A stretch of DNA of 64,000 nt, from the NCBI GenBank assembly GCA_040217195.1, contig JAVJNR010000008.1:480001-544000 (forward strand). The letters are read 5' to 3'. The notes beneath the pieces were generated by a model. The model saw only the letters and a program-made list of their open reading frames with translations. It was not told where the DNA came from and ran no database searches. Within the stretch, counting starts at the first letter, position 1; every line of letters begins with the position of its first letter. This document shows, in pieces, positions 42,526 through 52,532 of the stretch. Both the position numbers and the translations under genes were made by a program. Origin of the DNA: Leptospiraceae bacterium. Lineage in GTDB: Bacteria; Spirochaetota; Leptospiria; Leptospirales; Leptonemataceae.

Positions 42526-43779
42526 ATGAACCTAGAAAACAAGCGAATTCAATTCAAGGCAAGATCAGAAACCTACCCTGGTTGCAGGATCGGGCAATCC
42601 ATCATTGGAGTTATGGATAAAATGCTTGGGCAGACATTTCGCTGCCTTCGCCTGGATTCAACACTCTTGACGTCGGGCTCCTTTCGTAGAAGACCGCTAG
42701 CATACATCTTTTCCGGGACCCTTTTGCTTACATTACTATTGAGTTGTGCAAGTCTGCCCCCTGCACCGCAGAGCAGTTGCCAGCAAATTCCAGTGGGCCC
42801 TGGCCCAGAAGACTTTGCCCTGGATTTTTCCCGGGGGGCCGGGAAGCCACGCATCCTGGTATCAAGCCACGAACGACGGGGCTGGGAACGCGGCGAAATA
42901 TACACCGTGAACCTTGATTCTACTTCGGAGCTCTCTGCAACAATACTTCCCCGTCATGGCGAGCCGGAAGGGCTTTTCTTTTCACCCCATGGAATGGACA
43001 TTCGCAACGTAGAAGGACAACCCAGACTATATATAATTAATCATGGTCCTGACGAAGTTGAGGGTCCCCATCACGTGCTAGTTTATCGCATTCTTCCGGA
43101 GGCCCTGGAGTTTCTTGGATCGACCACTTCCGAGTTTTTCTACTCTCCCAATGACCTGGCAATCGATGACCGCGGAGGTTTCTATGTCTCCAACGACGCT
43201 CGTAACCGGGGCAGTCTGCTGGAGCTGGCACTATCGTTACGTAATTCTTCGGTGGTGTTCTGCAAGCCCGGCAGCATCCGTCCAGGTCCTCTGGCTTCAG
43301 CAGAGGAAACACCAGAAATGTGTATACTGGCCGCCGAGGATTTGGCCTCCGCAAACGGTGTGGCCATCCAGAGGAGCCCCCAGGGCAATTCTGATTCAGG
43401 AAAGGTATTCGTTGCCACAAGCCGGGGGAACAGCCTTTATGTTTTTAGCCGGGAAGACAGCGGTAAACTGGTGGACCGGAAACCTATTTTCGAGGCTCCC
43501 ATACTGGACAATCTATTCTTCGATAACGATGGTAGACGACTGCTGGTTGCTTCTCATCCCAGCGGATTGGCCTTTCTAAGGCACTTGAAGGATGGAACTG
43601 TACCTTCCCCGTCCGTAGTGTACGGAGTGAATCTTGAAAACGGAAGCTCGGAAACCCTTTATTCTAATTCAGGGGAAGAACTGTCCGCCGCCTCCGGAGC
43701 TTTCCATTACAAGGGCCAGTTGTTCATTTCCCAGGTCTTTGAACCTTTTCTGTTACGCTGTAAAAGCTCCGGGCGATAG
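42526..43779 (+). CDS. Paraoxonase/arylesterase-like six-bladed beta-propeller lipoprotein
   Basis: LLLSC lipobox, GPEDF, FSPHGM, IINH, SPNDLA, FYVSND, ANGVA, LDNL, VASHP. True start is probably downstream of 42526. Confidence 0.82.
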   Translation: MNLENKRIQFKARSETYPGCRIGQSIIGVMDKMLGQTFRCLRLDSTLLTSGSFRRRPLAYIFSGTLLLTLLLSCASLPPAPQSSCQQIPVGPGPEDFALDFSRGAGKPRILVSSHERRGWERGEIYTVNLDSTSELSATILPRHGEPEGLFFSPHGMDIRNVEGQPRLYIINHGPDEVEGPHHVLVYRILPEALEFLGSTTSEFFYSPNDLAIDDRGGFYVSNDARNRGSLLELALSLRNSSVVFCKPGSIRPGPLASAEETPEMCILAAEDLASANGVAIQRSPQGNSDSGKVFVATSRGNSLYVFSREDSGKLVDRKPIFEAPILDNLFFDNDGRRLLVASHPSGLAFLRHLKDGTVPSPSVVYGVNLENGSSETLYSNSGEELSAASGAFHYKGQLFISQVFEPFLLRCKSSGR

Positions 43780-43941
43780 TTCTTATGCATTCTCGCTGCC
43801 AGAGCCCTTGAAAGCGCGACACCTACTCAGGAATTTCCGTTCCTGCGGGCCCCCGGTTTATTTGCCCAATCCGGGGGCCGGAGCATCCAGCATGTTCAAC
43901 GAAAGAGTCACTAACGAGTATTAGTGTCCACGGCAGGCGAA

Positions 43942-44372
43942 CAGCCTCGCCCGGTTCGCCTTATGATCCGCGTCCGCTGTTTACTCGAACCCGCGCCGAG
44001 ATACAGCCCGGTCCGGTTCGCCTTATGACCCGCATCCGCTGTTTACTCGAATCCGTGCAGAGATACAGCCTGGCCCGGTTCGCCTTATGATCCGCGCCAG
44101 CTGTTTAACCGAACCCGCGCGGAGATACAGCCTGGCCCGGTTCCCCTTATGATCCGCGTCCGCTGTTTACTCGAACCCGCGCCGAGATACAGCCCGGTCC
44201 GGTTCGCCTTATGACCCGCATCCGCTTTTTACTCGAATCCGTGCAGAGATACAGCCTGGCCCGGTTCGCCTTATGATCCGCGCCAGCTGTTTAACCGAAC
44301 CCGCGCGGAGATACAGCCTGGCCCGGTTCGCCTTATGACCCGCGTCCGCTGTTTAACCGAACCCGCGCGGAA
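43942..44372. repeat. 62-bp tandem repeat, seven units, with 186-bp higher-order period
   Basis: Units start at 43942, 44004, 44066, 44128, 44190, 44252 and 44314. Approximate consensus CAGCCYGGYCCGGTTCGCCTTATGAYCCGCRYCMGCTGTTTAMYCGAAYCCGYGCVGAGATA. Confidence 0.97.
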
Positions 44373-44480
44373 ACACGATTCGGAGAAGCGGCCTGACGAT
44401 CCGTCCGTTTTCCGTCGCAGCCTATCTAAGCCCCTCATTCCGGTTGTCAGCCAGGGTGCGGTGCAAAATTCTGACATAGT

Positions 44481-46076
44481 ATGCAACATACAGTCTTAAT
44501 TTCAGACAAATTTGATAAAGAAGGTGTAGAGCGGTTAAAATCCTCGGGAAAATTTGAAGTTGTTTATAAAGAAGGACATACCCGAGAAGAAATGCTCTCT
44601 GTTATTGATCAGGCAGAGGCCCTGATCATTCGGTCCGCCACAAAAGCGGATAAAGAAGTTATCGAAAAAGCATCCAAACTGAAACTAATCATTCGAGCCG
44701 GTGTGGGAGTAGATAATATAGACATTCCCGAAGCATCCAGACGGGGTATCATTGTAATGAATGCTCCTGGCGGTAACTCCGTTTCCACCGCTGAGCAAGC
44801 AATTTCGCTAATCACCTCCATGTCGCGAAACATCCCTCAGGCCAATCAATCCATGCATGAAGGAAAATGGGAGAAGAAGAAATTCAAAGGAACAGAGCTC
44901 ACAGGTAAGACTCTGGGCGTTGTGGGTCTGGGACGAATTGGCAAAGAAGTTGTAAAACGAGCCAAAGGCCTTCGCATGAATGTTCTGGGCTTTGATCCAT
45001 ACATTCCTGCAGAAGCACTTTCCCATCTGGAAATCGACATCGTTTCCCGTGAAGAAATCATCAAGCAATCTGACTTCATCACTGTACACACCCCACTGAC
45101 AGATACCACCAGGGACTTCGTAAACAAAGACAACCTGAAGGATCTAAAGAAGGGAGTGAGGCTGATTAACTGCGCCCGGGGCGGTATTTACAACGAGGAA
45201 GCAGTTCTGGAAGGCTTGAAGTCTGGCCAGATTGCAGGAGCAGCCCTGGATGTATTCACTCAGGAGCCCGTGCCTGCGGATTTTCCCCTTCTAGGAATGG
45301 AAAATGTGATCCTGACTCCTCACCTCGGAGCCTCCACTGGAGAAGCAGAATTCGCAGTGGCAATGGAAAGTATTGATGAACTGATTGAGTTCTTTGATAC
45401 CGGAGTGGCTCGGAATGCCTTGAATTTTCCTTCTATTGATCCGGACAGTCTGGACTATCTGAAGCCATTCTTCGAAGGTGGTGAAAGAGCCGGTAAGCTT
45501 CTGGCTCATTTTGTAGGCGGCGATGTTAAAACCGTAGAAATGAACTACAAAGGTACCATTGCTGATTACAAGTGCGATCCAGTAACCACTGCCATCCTGA
45601 AAGGAGTGCTCAGTGTATCTCTGGGAAATGATCAATTAAACTATGTGAACGCCCCAGTCTTTGCCAAAGAACGTGGTATTCGGGTGCATGAAAACAAATC
45701 CGAAGATCCGGACACTTACAAAAGCAGCGTTGACATAAAGCTAGAAGCAACCTCCGGAAAGACGGCTACATTGAAGTTCACGGCCATTAATTCAGATCCT
45801 CTGGTAGTTTCCATGAATGAACTGCCCATCGAATTCAAGCCGGAAGGAATTCTAGTCCTCTGCGAAAACAACGATGTTCCTGGGGTTGTAGGTTCCATTG
45901 GATCCTTCCTCGGGCAGGAAAACGTAAACATTGCAAGCATTGAACTTGCTCGCAAGAAAGGCGGTAATGCTCGATCCGTTCTGGTTGTGGATGATCTACT
46001 AACTGCAGATCAACTACAACGAATGAATGAGCTGAGCCATATTGTAACCGCCATCCAGGTAGACCTGAGAAGTTAA
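44481..46076 (+). CDS. serA: D-3-phosphoglycerate dehydrogenase
   Basis: [38 protein letters not shown]-terminal regulatory/ACT domain. Confidence 0.97.
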   Translation: MQHTVLISDKFDKEGVERLKSSGKFEVVYKEGHTREEMLSVIDQAEALIIRSATKADKEVIEKASKLKLIIRAGVGVDNIDIPEASRRGIIVMNAPGGNSVSTAEQAISLITSMSRNIPQANQSMHEGKWEKKKFKGTELTGKTLGVVGLGRIGKEVVKRAKGLRMNVLGFDPYIPAEALSHLEIDIVSREEIIKQSDFITVHTPLTDTTRDFVNKDNLKDLKKGVRLINCARGGIYNEEAVLEGLKSGQIAGAALDVFTQEPVPADFPLLGMENVILTPHLGASTGEAEFAVAMESIDELIEFFDTGVARNALNFPSIDPDSLDYLKPFFEGGERAGKLLAHFVGGDVKTVEMNYKGTIADYKCDPVTTAILKGVLSVSLGNDQLNYVNAPVFAKERGIRVHENKSEDPDTYKSSVDIKLEATSGKTATLKFTAINSDPLVVSMNELPIEFKPEGILVLCENNDVPGVVGSIGSFLGQENVNIASIELARKKGGNARSVLVVDDLLTADQLQRMNELSHIVTAIQVDLRS

Positions 46077-46130
46077 CCTGGTGCACGAAAATTGGACAAT
46101 GGTTGCCAGCAGTAATGGTGGCCAGATCTA

Positions 46131-46165
46131 GAAAAAAAACGGCCCCCAGGGGTTGGTCTTTTTTC
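46131..46165. terminator. Probable bidirectional terminator between serA and the chemoreceptor gene
   Basis: A-run, GC stem CGGCCCC/GGGGTTG, then T-run, between convergent genes. Confidence 0.55.
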
Positions 46166-46202
46166 TGGAACGGACAAGTAGACTGGCTACGGAACAGATC
46201 TT

Positions 46203-48338
46203 CTAAGCCTGAGTGCGAGTCACAAGATTCTGTGCTCCGGTGCGCAGTCTTTCTGAGATAGCCCCCAGCTTCTGATTTGCCTCATTTAAGGTAGCTGCCA
46301 TCTGAGAGATTCGTTGAACAGTAGATCGGCCTTCCTGCATGGAAGCCAGCTGCTCGGAGGCCTCCACAGCTATCTCTCTGGATTTCTGATTAAGCTCCAC
46401 AGTATGTTTTTCAATTACATCCACTACCTGGTTTTGTTGCTCTACAGAGCCAGCCATTTCAGACAAACTTTCCTGCACTTTTTGAATATCCTGCGCCAGT
46501 CGCTCTACGAAGCCCACCGTGGATTCAGCCGAGCGCGCCCCGCCTACAATGGACTTCTGAATTTGATCTACACGACTTGAAATCTCCCTGGAACGGCCGC
46601 TGGTCTGCTCTGCCAGTTTGCCCACCTCATCGGCTACCACTTCAAATCCCCGTCCAAACTCTCCAGCTCGGGCTGCCTCAATCGAAGCATTGAGAGATAA
46701 CATATTTACTTTTTCTGTAATCTCACCAATGACTTTTACCAGATCAGCGATGGATTTGCCGCCCTGTTCAATTTCAGAGATTTGTCCCTGCAGGCTCTTC
46801 AGATGTTTACTCACATCTGCAAATACAACTTTCATTTCTTCCACGGATTGATTACTACGGTGGCTCTTTTCGATGACAGCATCATGGGCGCTTCGCAGCT
46901 CCTGCACCCGATTCTGCATCTGTTGCCCCGACCTGGATTGTCCTTCCATGGAGCGATGAATACCTTCCGTAACCTGAGTCAGTCCTTCAATAGATGCGAA
47001 TACCTCTTCGCTGGCTGTGGCCTGATCGGAAGACATCTCCGAAAGCTGCTCCACGAGCTGGCTTTGCTCCGTGGCTACTTCCTGAAGTTCACTGGCAGTG
47101 GAGGTTGCTTCCTGTAGCGCCGTTTGAAGGGATGTCTTCTGTTTTTCCAGGTCCTCCCTTTCCTGCTTAAGGTCTGCGTTTAATTCGCGAATTCTATCTG
47201 CCAGTCCCAGAGAAAGCAGTACCACCTGAAAAACCAGACCGGCAGGTATGGCCATACGAGTAAGTAGATTGGTAGGTATCCAACCAGGAACCGATGCTGC
47301 GAAAATCAATACAGCCACAAGCATGCCAGACCAGGAAATCAAAAACACTCGAGCAGGTCGGAAGCCTGCCCGGCTACCCTTGAAGGCCGTGATAAACAAT
47401 ATGGGCACAAAGGTAACTACCAGAAGCATACCAGCAATGATCGCATAGATATAGGCCGGAATCAAAGAAAGGGGCAGCAATAGAATGAACAGTGCTAAAT
47501 AGGCCAGGATGATCTTATGAAGTACAGGTGCGTACTTCTTTGGAGTGAGAAAATCCAGAACGAAGGTCCCCAGAAAAATCAATGCCAGAGACATTCCAAT
47601 TGGAACTGACCTCTCCGCCAGGTAAGGCCAATGCCCCAGTCCGGTCAGGTTGATTAGCCCCATCTCGGAGGCCATAAAGAAGAGGATAGCCAGCAAATAA
47701 GCACTATAGGAAAGGTAAACTCGATCTCGCAGAGAGAAAAATAACAGCAAATTATAGAAGAATATAATCAGAATTCCACCGTAGTACAGACCGGTTACAA
47801 GTCTGAGCTGGGCCGTATTCTTGTAGAACTCTTCCGGCTGCCAGACCTGCACGGGAAACTTGATTGAATCTCCGCTGGTTGCCCTTGCATAGACCTCCAA
47901 TCTTTCGCCAGCTTCCAGCTCCACTGGCAATACAAAGGTTGCATGCTCCACCGGCCGGCTGTCCACTCCTCGGCCACGACCGGTGGAATAGATTTGTCCG
48001 TTAGATAGAAATACATCCAGCTCATCGTAGAGAGGATGCCCGAACTGCAGAAACCAGCGTCCTCCCTTTTCAGGAGCCATTAGCGAAAAGCGGATCCAAA
48101 CAGCATCCCTGGTTAAGCCAAAACCTGTACCAAGATCGGCCCGACTCTGGAAGCTTTTGCTTCGCACCGCCGGATAGCTTTCTTCAGTCGACGAATCCAG
48201 CCAGAACTCCATATCCGAGTCCTTGAGAACCGGGGCCGATGCATCGGTTCCGGGCATTATCACCGGCTCTGCCAGGGCAGGTATGGGAAGCGAAATTATT
48301 GCCAGGAAAACAATGAAAAATTTATGGGAAACAGACAT
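46203..48338 (-). CDS. Methyl-accepting chemotaxis protein with 7TM-DISM sensor
   Basis: Signal peptide, DISMED2-like domain (GFGLTRDAVWIRF), seven TM helices (GLYYG..FYNLLLF..SLGLADRI) and MCP signature NASIEAARAGEFGRGFEVVADEVGKLA. ATG at 48338. Confidence 0.92.
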   Translation of the reverse strand: MSVSHKFFIVFLAIISLPIPALAEPVIMPGTDASAPVLKDSDMEFWLDSSTEESYPAVRSKSFQSRADLGTGFGLTRDAVWIRFSLMAPEKGGRWFLQFGHPLYDELDVFLSNGQIYSTGRGRGVDSRPVEHATFVLPVELEAGERLEVYARATSGDSIKFPVQVWQPEEFYKNTAQLRLVTGLYYGGILIIFFYNLLLFFSLRDRVYLSYSAYLLAILFFMASEMGLINLTGLGHWPYLAERSVPIGMSLALIFLGTFVLDFLTPKKYAPVLHKIILAYLALFILLLPLSLIPAYIYAIIAGMLLVVTFVPILFITAFKGSRAGFRPARVFLISWSGMLVAVLIFAASVPGWIPTNLLTRMAIPAGLVFQVVLLSLGLADRIRELNADLKQEREDLEKQKTSLQTALQEATSTASELQEVATEQSQLVEQLSEMSSDQATASEEVFASIEGLTQVTEGIHRSMEGQSRSGQQMQNRVQELRSAHDAVIEKSHRSNQSVEEMKVVFADVSKHLKSLQGQISEIEQGGKSIADLVKVIGEITEKVNMLSLNASIEAARAGEFGRGFEVVADEVGKLAEQTSGRSREISSRVDQIQKSIVGGARSAESTVGFVERLAQDIQKVQESLSEMAGSVEQQNQVVDVIEKHTVELNQKSREIAVEASEQLASMQEGRSTVQRISQMAATLNEANQKLGAISERLRTGAQNLVTRTQA

Positions 48339-48471
48339 GTAATCAGAAAACTCCCCCTCCGGCTTAGTGCCGTGCCGTCCCCGGGAAAAGCCTTTTTCCT
48401 GCACTTCCCGGGCGCGCTATTGGGAAAATCCTTTGACTCCAGATCATTGGCGCAGGATTCGGATTATAACC

Positions 48472-48545
48472 GCTCCGGTAGCTCAGCTGGATAGAGTGAC
48501 GGACTTCGAATCCGGAGGTCGCAGGTTCGAATCCTGCTCGGAGCA
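48472..48545 (+). tRNA. tRNA-Arg (anticodon TCG)
   Basis: GCTCCGG/TCGGAGC acceptor stem, D arm GCTC..GAGT, anticodon loop CT-TCG-AA (48506-48508), T arm GCAGG-TTCGAAT-CCTGC. CCA is not encoded. Confidence 0.96.
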
Positions 48546-48659
48546 CAATTCACTTTCCGGTTGACCGGTTTTGCGAAATCAGTGTAAACTGGCGGCCACT
48601 TCGGAATTAAGTTCCTAATTTGCCGAAAGTGACAGGGACGACATTCCCGGGAGAGATCA

Positions 48660-50240
48660 ATGAAAACTATGGTAAAAATTCCCGGCATTGAAAACACGCC
48701 GGTTATATACAGAAACCTCAGCTTTGATGAGATTTTCGAGCATGAAAAGAAAAATGGCGAAACCAGCCTGACTGCTCAGGGAGCCATGACCGTGGACACC
48801 GGTATTTTCACCGGGCGCTCCCCTAAAGATAAGTTCTTCGTGAAAGAACCAGTCGCTGAAAAAGACCTGTGGTGGGGAAACATCAACCAGGAAGTATCTG
48901 AAGATGTTTTTAACGAACTACTGGCGCAGGTACAATCGCATCTCAGCGAAAAGCCTCTATATGTATTCGACGGATATGCTGGCGCTCGAAAGTCGACTCG
49001 GATGGTCCTGAGAGTGGTAACGGAGAAAGCATGGCAGCACCATTTCTGCACTAATATGTTTATCCGTCCTACAGACTCCGAACTGGAATCCCTGGAACCA
49101 GATTTTACTATCCTGAATGCTTCTGGCTTCAAGGACATAGACTGGAAGAAGCATGGACTGCATTCCGAGGTATTCGTTCTGTTTCACCTGGGCCGTAAAC
49201 TGGCCATTATTGGTGGTACGGAATATGGCGGAGAAATGAAGAAAGGTATCTTCTCCGTAATGAATTTCTACAAGCCTCTGGAAGGCATCCTTACCATGCA
49301 TTGCTCTGCAAACGTAGGCAAAGACCGAAACGATGCAGCCCTGTTCTTTGGACTGTCAGGTACAGGAAAAACAACTCTCTCCACGGATCCAAAGCGTCCC
49401 CTGATTGGTGATGATGAACATGGATGGGATGATGAAGGAATCTGGAACCTGGAAGGTGGATGCTATGCAAAAGTAATCAACCTCAACCCGGATGACGAAC
49501 CAGACATCTATGCTGCCATCAAAAAAGATGCTCTCCTGGAAAATGTAGTTCTGGAAAACGATGGTAGAGTAAACTACGGCGATGGTTCCAAAACAGAGAA
49601 CACTCGAGTTAGTTATCCAATTCATCACATCCCGAATCGGATTGAAAGTGGAGTTGCCGGTCAGCCGGAAAACATAATCTTTCTAACCTGCGACGCATTT
49701 GGAGTTCTTCCTCCAGTAGCAAGACTGACTCCCGAGCAGGCCATGTATCATTTCCTTTCAGGATATACTGCCAAGGTAGCCGGAACGGAACGCGGAATTA
49801 CCGAGCCCCAGGCAACATTCTCCGCTTGCTTCGGTGCTGCCTTTATGACTCTGCATCCGACTCGCTATGCCAAACTGCTGGGCGAAAAAATGAAAAAGCA
49901 TAATACTCGTGCCTGGTTGGTAAACACGGGCTGGGCTGGCGGTCCTTATGGCGTGGGTCAGAGAATGAAGATCAAGCTCACTCGCTCTATCATTGATGGT
50001 ATCTTCGACAAGTCCCTGGATCATGACGATTACACTCATGATGATGTAATGAATCTGCAGATCCCCAATAAACTGCATGATTACGATAAGCAGGTGCTTC
50101 ATCCCTGGGAATCCTGGTCCAAGAAAGAGGACTACGAAGCTCAGCGCAAAAAACTGGCTGCCATGTTCGTTAAGAATTTCGAACAGTACATCCAGGGCGG
50201 TGCTGAATTCGATTTTACAGAGTTCGGACCCAAGGTTTAA
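48660..50240 (+). CDS. pckA: Phosphoenolpyruvate carboxykinase (ATP)
   Basis: [47 protein letters not shown]. Confidence 0.98.
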   Translation: MKTMVKIPGIENTPVIYRNLSFDEIFEHEKKNGETSLTAQGAMTVDTGIFTGRSPKDKFFVKEPVAEKDLWWGNINQEVSEDVFNELLAQVQSHLSEKPLYVFDGYAGARKSTRMVLRVVTEKAWQHHFCTNMFIRPTDSELESLEPDFTILNASGFKDIDWKKHGLHSEVFVLFHLGRKLAIIGGTEYGGEMKKGIFSVMNFYKPLEGILTMHCSANVGKDRNDAALFFGLSGTGKTTLSTDPKRPLIGDDEHGWDDEGIWNLEGGCYAKVINLNPDDEPDIYAAIKKDALLENVVLENDGRVNYGDGSKTENTRVSYPIHHIPNRIESGVAGQPENIIFLTCDAFGVLPPVARLTPEQAMYHFLSGYTAKVAGTERGITEPQATFSACFGAAFMTLHPTRYAKLLGEKMKKHNTRAWLVNTGWAGGPYGVGQRMKIKLTRSIIDGIFDKSLDHDDYTHDDVMNLQIPNKLHDYDKQVLHPWESWSKKEDYEAQRKKLAAMFVKNFEQYIQGGAEFDFTEFGPKV

Positions 50241-50260
50241 TTCACCCGACTTCTGAATGG

Positions 50261-50300
50261 AAGGCCTCCTGCCTACGGGCTCAGGGGGCCTTTTTTGTTT
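50261..50300 (+). terminator. Rho-independent terminator of pckA
   Basis: AAGGCCTCCTG...CAGGGGGCCTT followed by TTTTGTTT. Confidence 0.85.
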
Positions 50301-50419
50301 CTGGTTTCTCCTGCACTCTGTACCAGGCCCGGAGGCGGATTTTCTCATTGATCACTAACGAATCGACGGAAGCTCTGGTAGCATTTTAATGACAACTCTC
50401 AAAAGCCCGTACACATTTG

Positions 50420-51253
50420 ATGCAGAATAGACAACAAAAGCTGAGGTTACTGCTTGCCTTAACGAAACGAGATTACGTGGTTCAGTTTGCTGGAGCTGGG
50501 CTGGGGATTGGCTGGCTTTTTATTCAGTACCTATTTCAGATCGCACTATTCTATTTGATCTTCGGCGTAGTTCTGGGCGGCGATTCCTCTGATCTGGGCC
50601 TGGAATCACGAAGGCTTACCGGACCGGGATTTTTGAATTATCTGCTGGGAGCCATGACTCTGTGGCTTCCGCTATCGGAAATGATTCAGCGGTCTGGCTC
50701 CATACTGTCTGAGAACCGAGCATTGATTCGTAGAACTCCTGGTGCCCTGGATGCCATGTCGGCGGTGCCGTTGCTTCAGGGACTATTTCACTTCACAATT
50801 CTATTTGTGGCATCCAGTGCAATTGCATGGCTGGGACCTTTACTCGGTCCGGTTTCTACAGCCAATGCTGCTACCGGGGATGCCTACCCGCCCTTTAGCT
50901 TTATTCTGGCCTATGGCACCGGCATCCTGTTTCTGTTGATCTGCTTTCCTCTATCTCTTTATCTTCAAAGGACCTCTGTGCTGCTCAAGGACCTTTCCCC
51001 GATTTTGAGATTACTTCTTCAGATTCTTTTCTGGTCCACGCCCATGGTGTATGTCATCCATCGAACAGACATTCTCAGTATTATGAGCTGGAATCCGCTG
51101 TTCTGCATGGTAGATGTTCAACGCTATCTAAGCTACGGCCTGGAGTTGCAGATCACTTCCTTTGCTGGACTTATCTGCCTGGTTCTACTTAGCGGTCTGG
51201 CCGGGCTGCTATCAAGATTCCGACTGAGGGAGGTCAGCGCCGATTTCCTTTAG
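50420..51253 (+). CDS. ABC-2 polysaccharide export permease (Wzm-like)
   Basis: KRDY.V.FAGAGLGIGW, LKDLSPIL, FWSTPMVY, WNPL; six TM helices. Confidence 0.85.
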   Translation: MQNRQQKLRLLLALTKRDYVVQFAGAGLGIGWLFIQYLFQIALFYLIFGVVLGGDSSDLGLESRRLTGPGFLNYLLGAMTLWLPLSEMIQRSGSILSENRALIRRTPGALDAMSAVPLLQGLFHFTILFVASSAIAWLGPLLGPVSTANAATGDAYPPFSFILAYGTGILFLLICFPLSLYLQRTSVLLKDLSPILRLLLQILFWSTPMVYVIHRTDILSIMSWNPLFCMVDVQRYLSYGLELQITSFAGLICLVLLSGLAGLLSRFRLREVSADFL

Positions 51254-51269
51254 AGAGTCGCTGCAGGCA

Positions 51270-52532
51270 ATGGGTGTAGAACTTAAAGTAAGGGGACTCT
51301 ATAAAGAGTATCCAATCTTCGCAAACCTGGGGCAGAGGCTCCGAGCTGCATTAAGCTTTGGTCTATGGCTTCCTGCCAGAAGGCATGTTGCAGTGTCGAA
51401 TCTCGACCTCCATCTGGGATGGAACAACCCGGACAAATCCAATACTTCGCATGAAGCGCCGGAATCTTCCGAAAAAAATGATCCAGATTCCGGTCTTATT
51501 GTAGGAATAGTGGGTCCCAACGGAGCCGGCAAGTCCACATTTCTGCGAATCCTATCCGGTGTCAGTCGACCAAGCGCCGGTAAAATTGAATTCCAGGGAA
51601 CGATTCGAAGCATTCTAGAACTGGGAGTGGGCTTTAGCGCTGAATTGACCGCAAGGCAGAACATTGAACACAATGGAGTGCTCTGGAATTATAGCTACAG
51701 TCAGTTAAGGAGCAAAACCGATGAAATCCTTGAGTTTGCTGAACTATTAGACTACGCCGACCAGCCAATTAAGACTTTTTCCACAGGAATGCAGATGCGC
51801 CTGGCATTCTCGGTTGCCACACTGGAACGCAGCGATTTGCTTCTGGTGGACGAAGCACTGGCCGTGGGTGATGCAAGCTTTCAACAGAAGTGTCTGGATC
51901 GCTTTAGAAAATACAGACAAGACGGGTCGTTAATTCTGATTGTCAGTCATGATATGAATCTGCTTCGAAGCGTATGCGATGAGATGGTTCTACTCAATCG
52001 AGGAAAGTTGGAGATGCGGGGGAACCCCACGGATGTATCCAGAAGATATATGGATCTCATTGCTCAGAGTCCCGGTAGCTCAGACCTATCGCAGAGCAAT
52101 GACGGAACTCTACGCAGTAGAATTCGAATTCTGAATGAACAGGAAAAATCGGTGAATCGATTCTACAGCGGAGACCGGGCCACTATCTCCATTGAGTTGG
52201 AAGCCACCGAGGAGATTTCAGACCTAACCTGTGGGATCCACATTGAAACAGCCACCGGAGTACTCGCTTTCGGAACCAATTCTTATCTATTGAGAAAAGA
52301 ATTCCATGGAAGTAAGAATACTCAGGAACTTCGATTTAATCTTAAGATGAACCTTGGACCCGGAAAATATACCGTGGGCTATTCGCTGCACAGGGGGAGA
52401 AGCCATGCCACAGATTGCTTCTTCTGGAGTCATGTAAGCGAAAGCTTCGAGATAGAAGCTCCCACCGATCAGCTTTTTGAGGGCAGCAGTAACCTGGAGC
52501 CAGAACTTGAAATCCGATCTGTACAGGACTGA
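51270..52532 (+). CDS. ABC polysaccharide export ATPase with Wzt C-terminal domain
   Basis: GPNGAGKST, FSTGMQMRLAFS, DEALAVGDASFQQKC, VSHD; C-terminal GTNS..LGPGKY Ig-like domain. Confidence 0.92.
   Translation: MGVELKVRGLYKEYPIFANLGQRLRAALSFGLWLPARRHVAVSNLDLHLGWNNPDKSNTSHEAPESSEKNDPDSGLIVGIVGPNGAGKSTFLRILSGVSRPSAGKIEFQGTIRSILELGVGFSAELTARQNIEHNGVLWNYSYSQLRSKTDEILEFAELLDYADQPIKTFSTGMQMRLAFSVATLERSDLLLVDEALAVGDASFQQKCLDRFRKYRQDGSLILIVSHDMNLLRSVCDEMVLLNRGKLEMRGNPTDVSRRYMDLIAQSPGSSDLSQSNDGTLRSRIRILNEQEKSVNRFYSGDRATISIELEATEEISDLTCGIHIETATGVLAFGTNSYLLRKEFHGSKNTQELRFNLKMNLGPGKYTVGYSLHRGRSHATDCFFWSHVSESFEIEAPTDQLFEGSSNLEPELEIRSVQD

Noticed and set aside
40850..44372. The two arrays as CRISPR loci
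   Set aside because: Units are similar over their whole length with no unique spacers, and no cas genes are in the window.
48472..48660. tRNA as an integration site for an island
   Set aside because: No integrase and no duplicated tRNA 3' end seen; it is followed by the core gene pckA.
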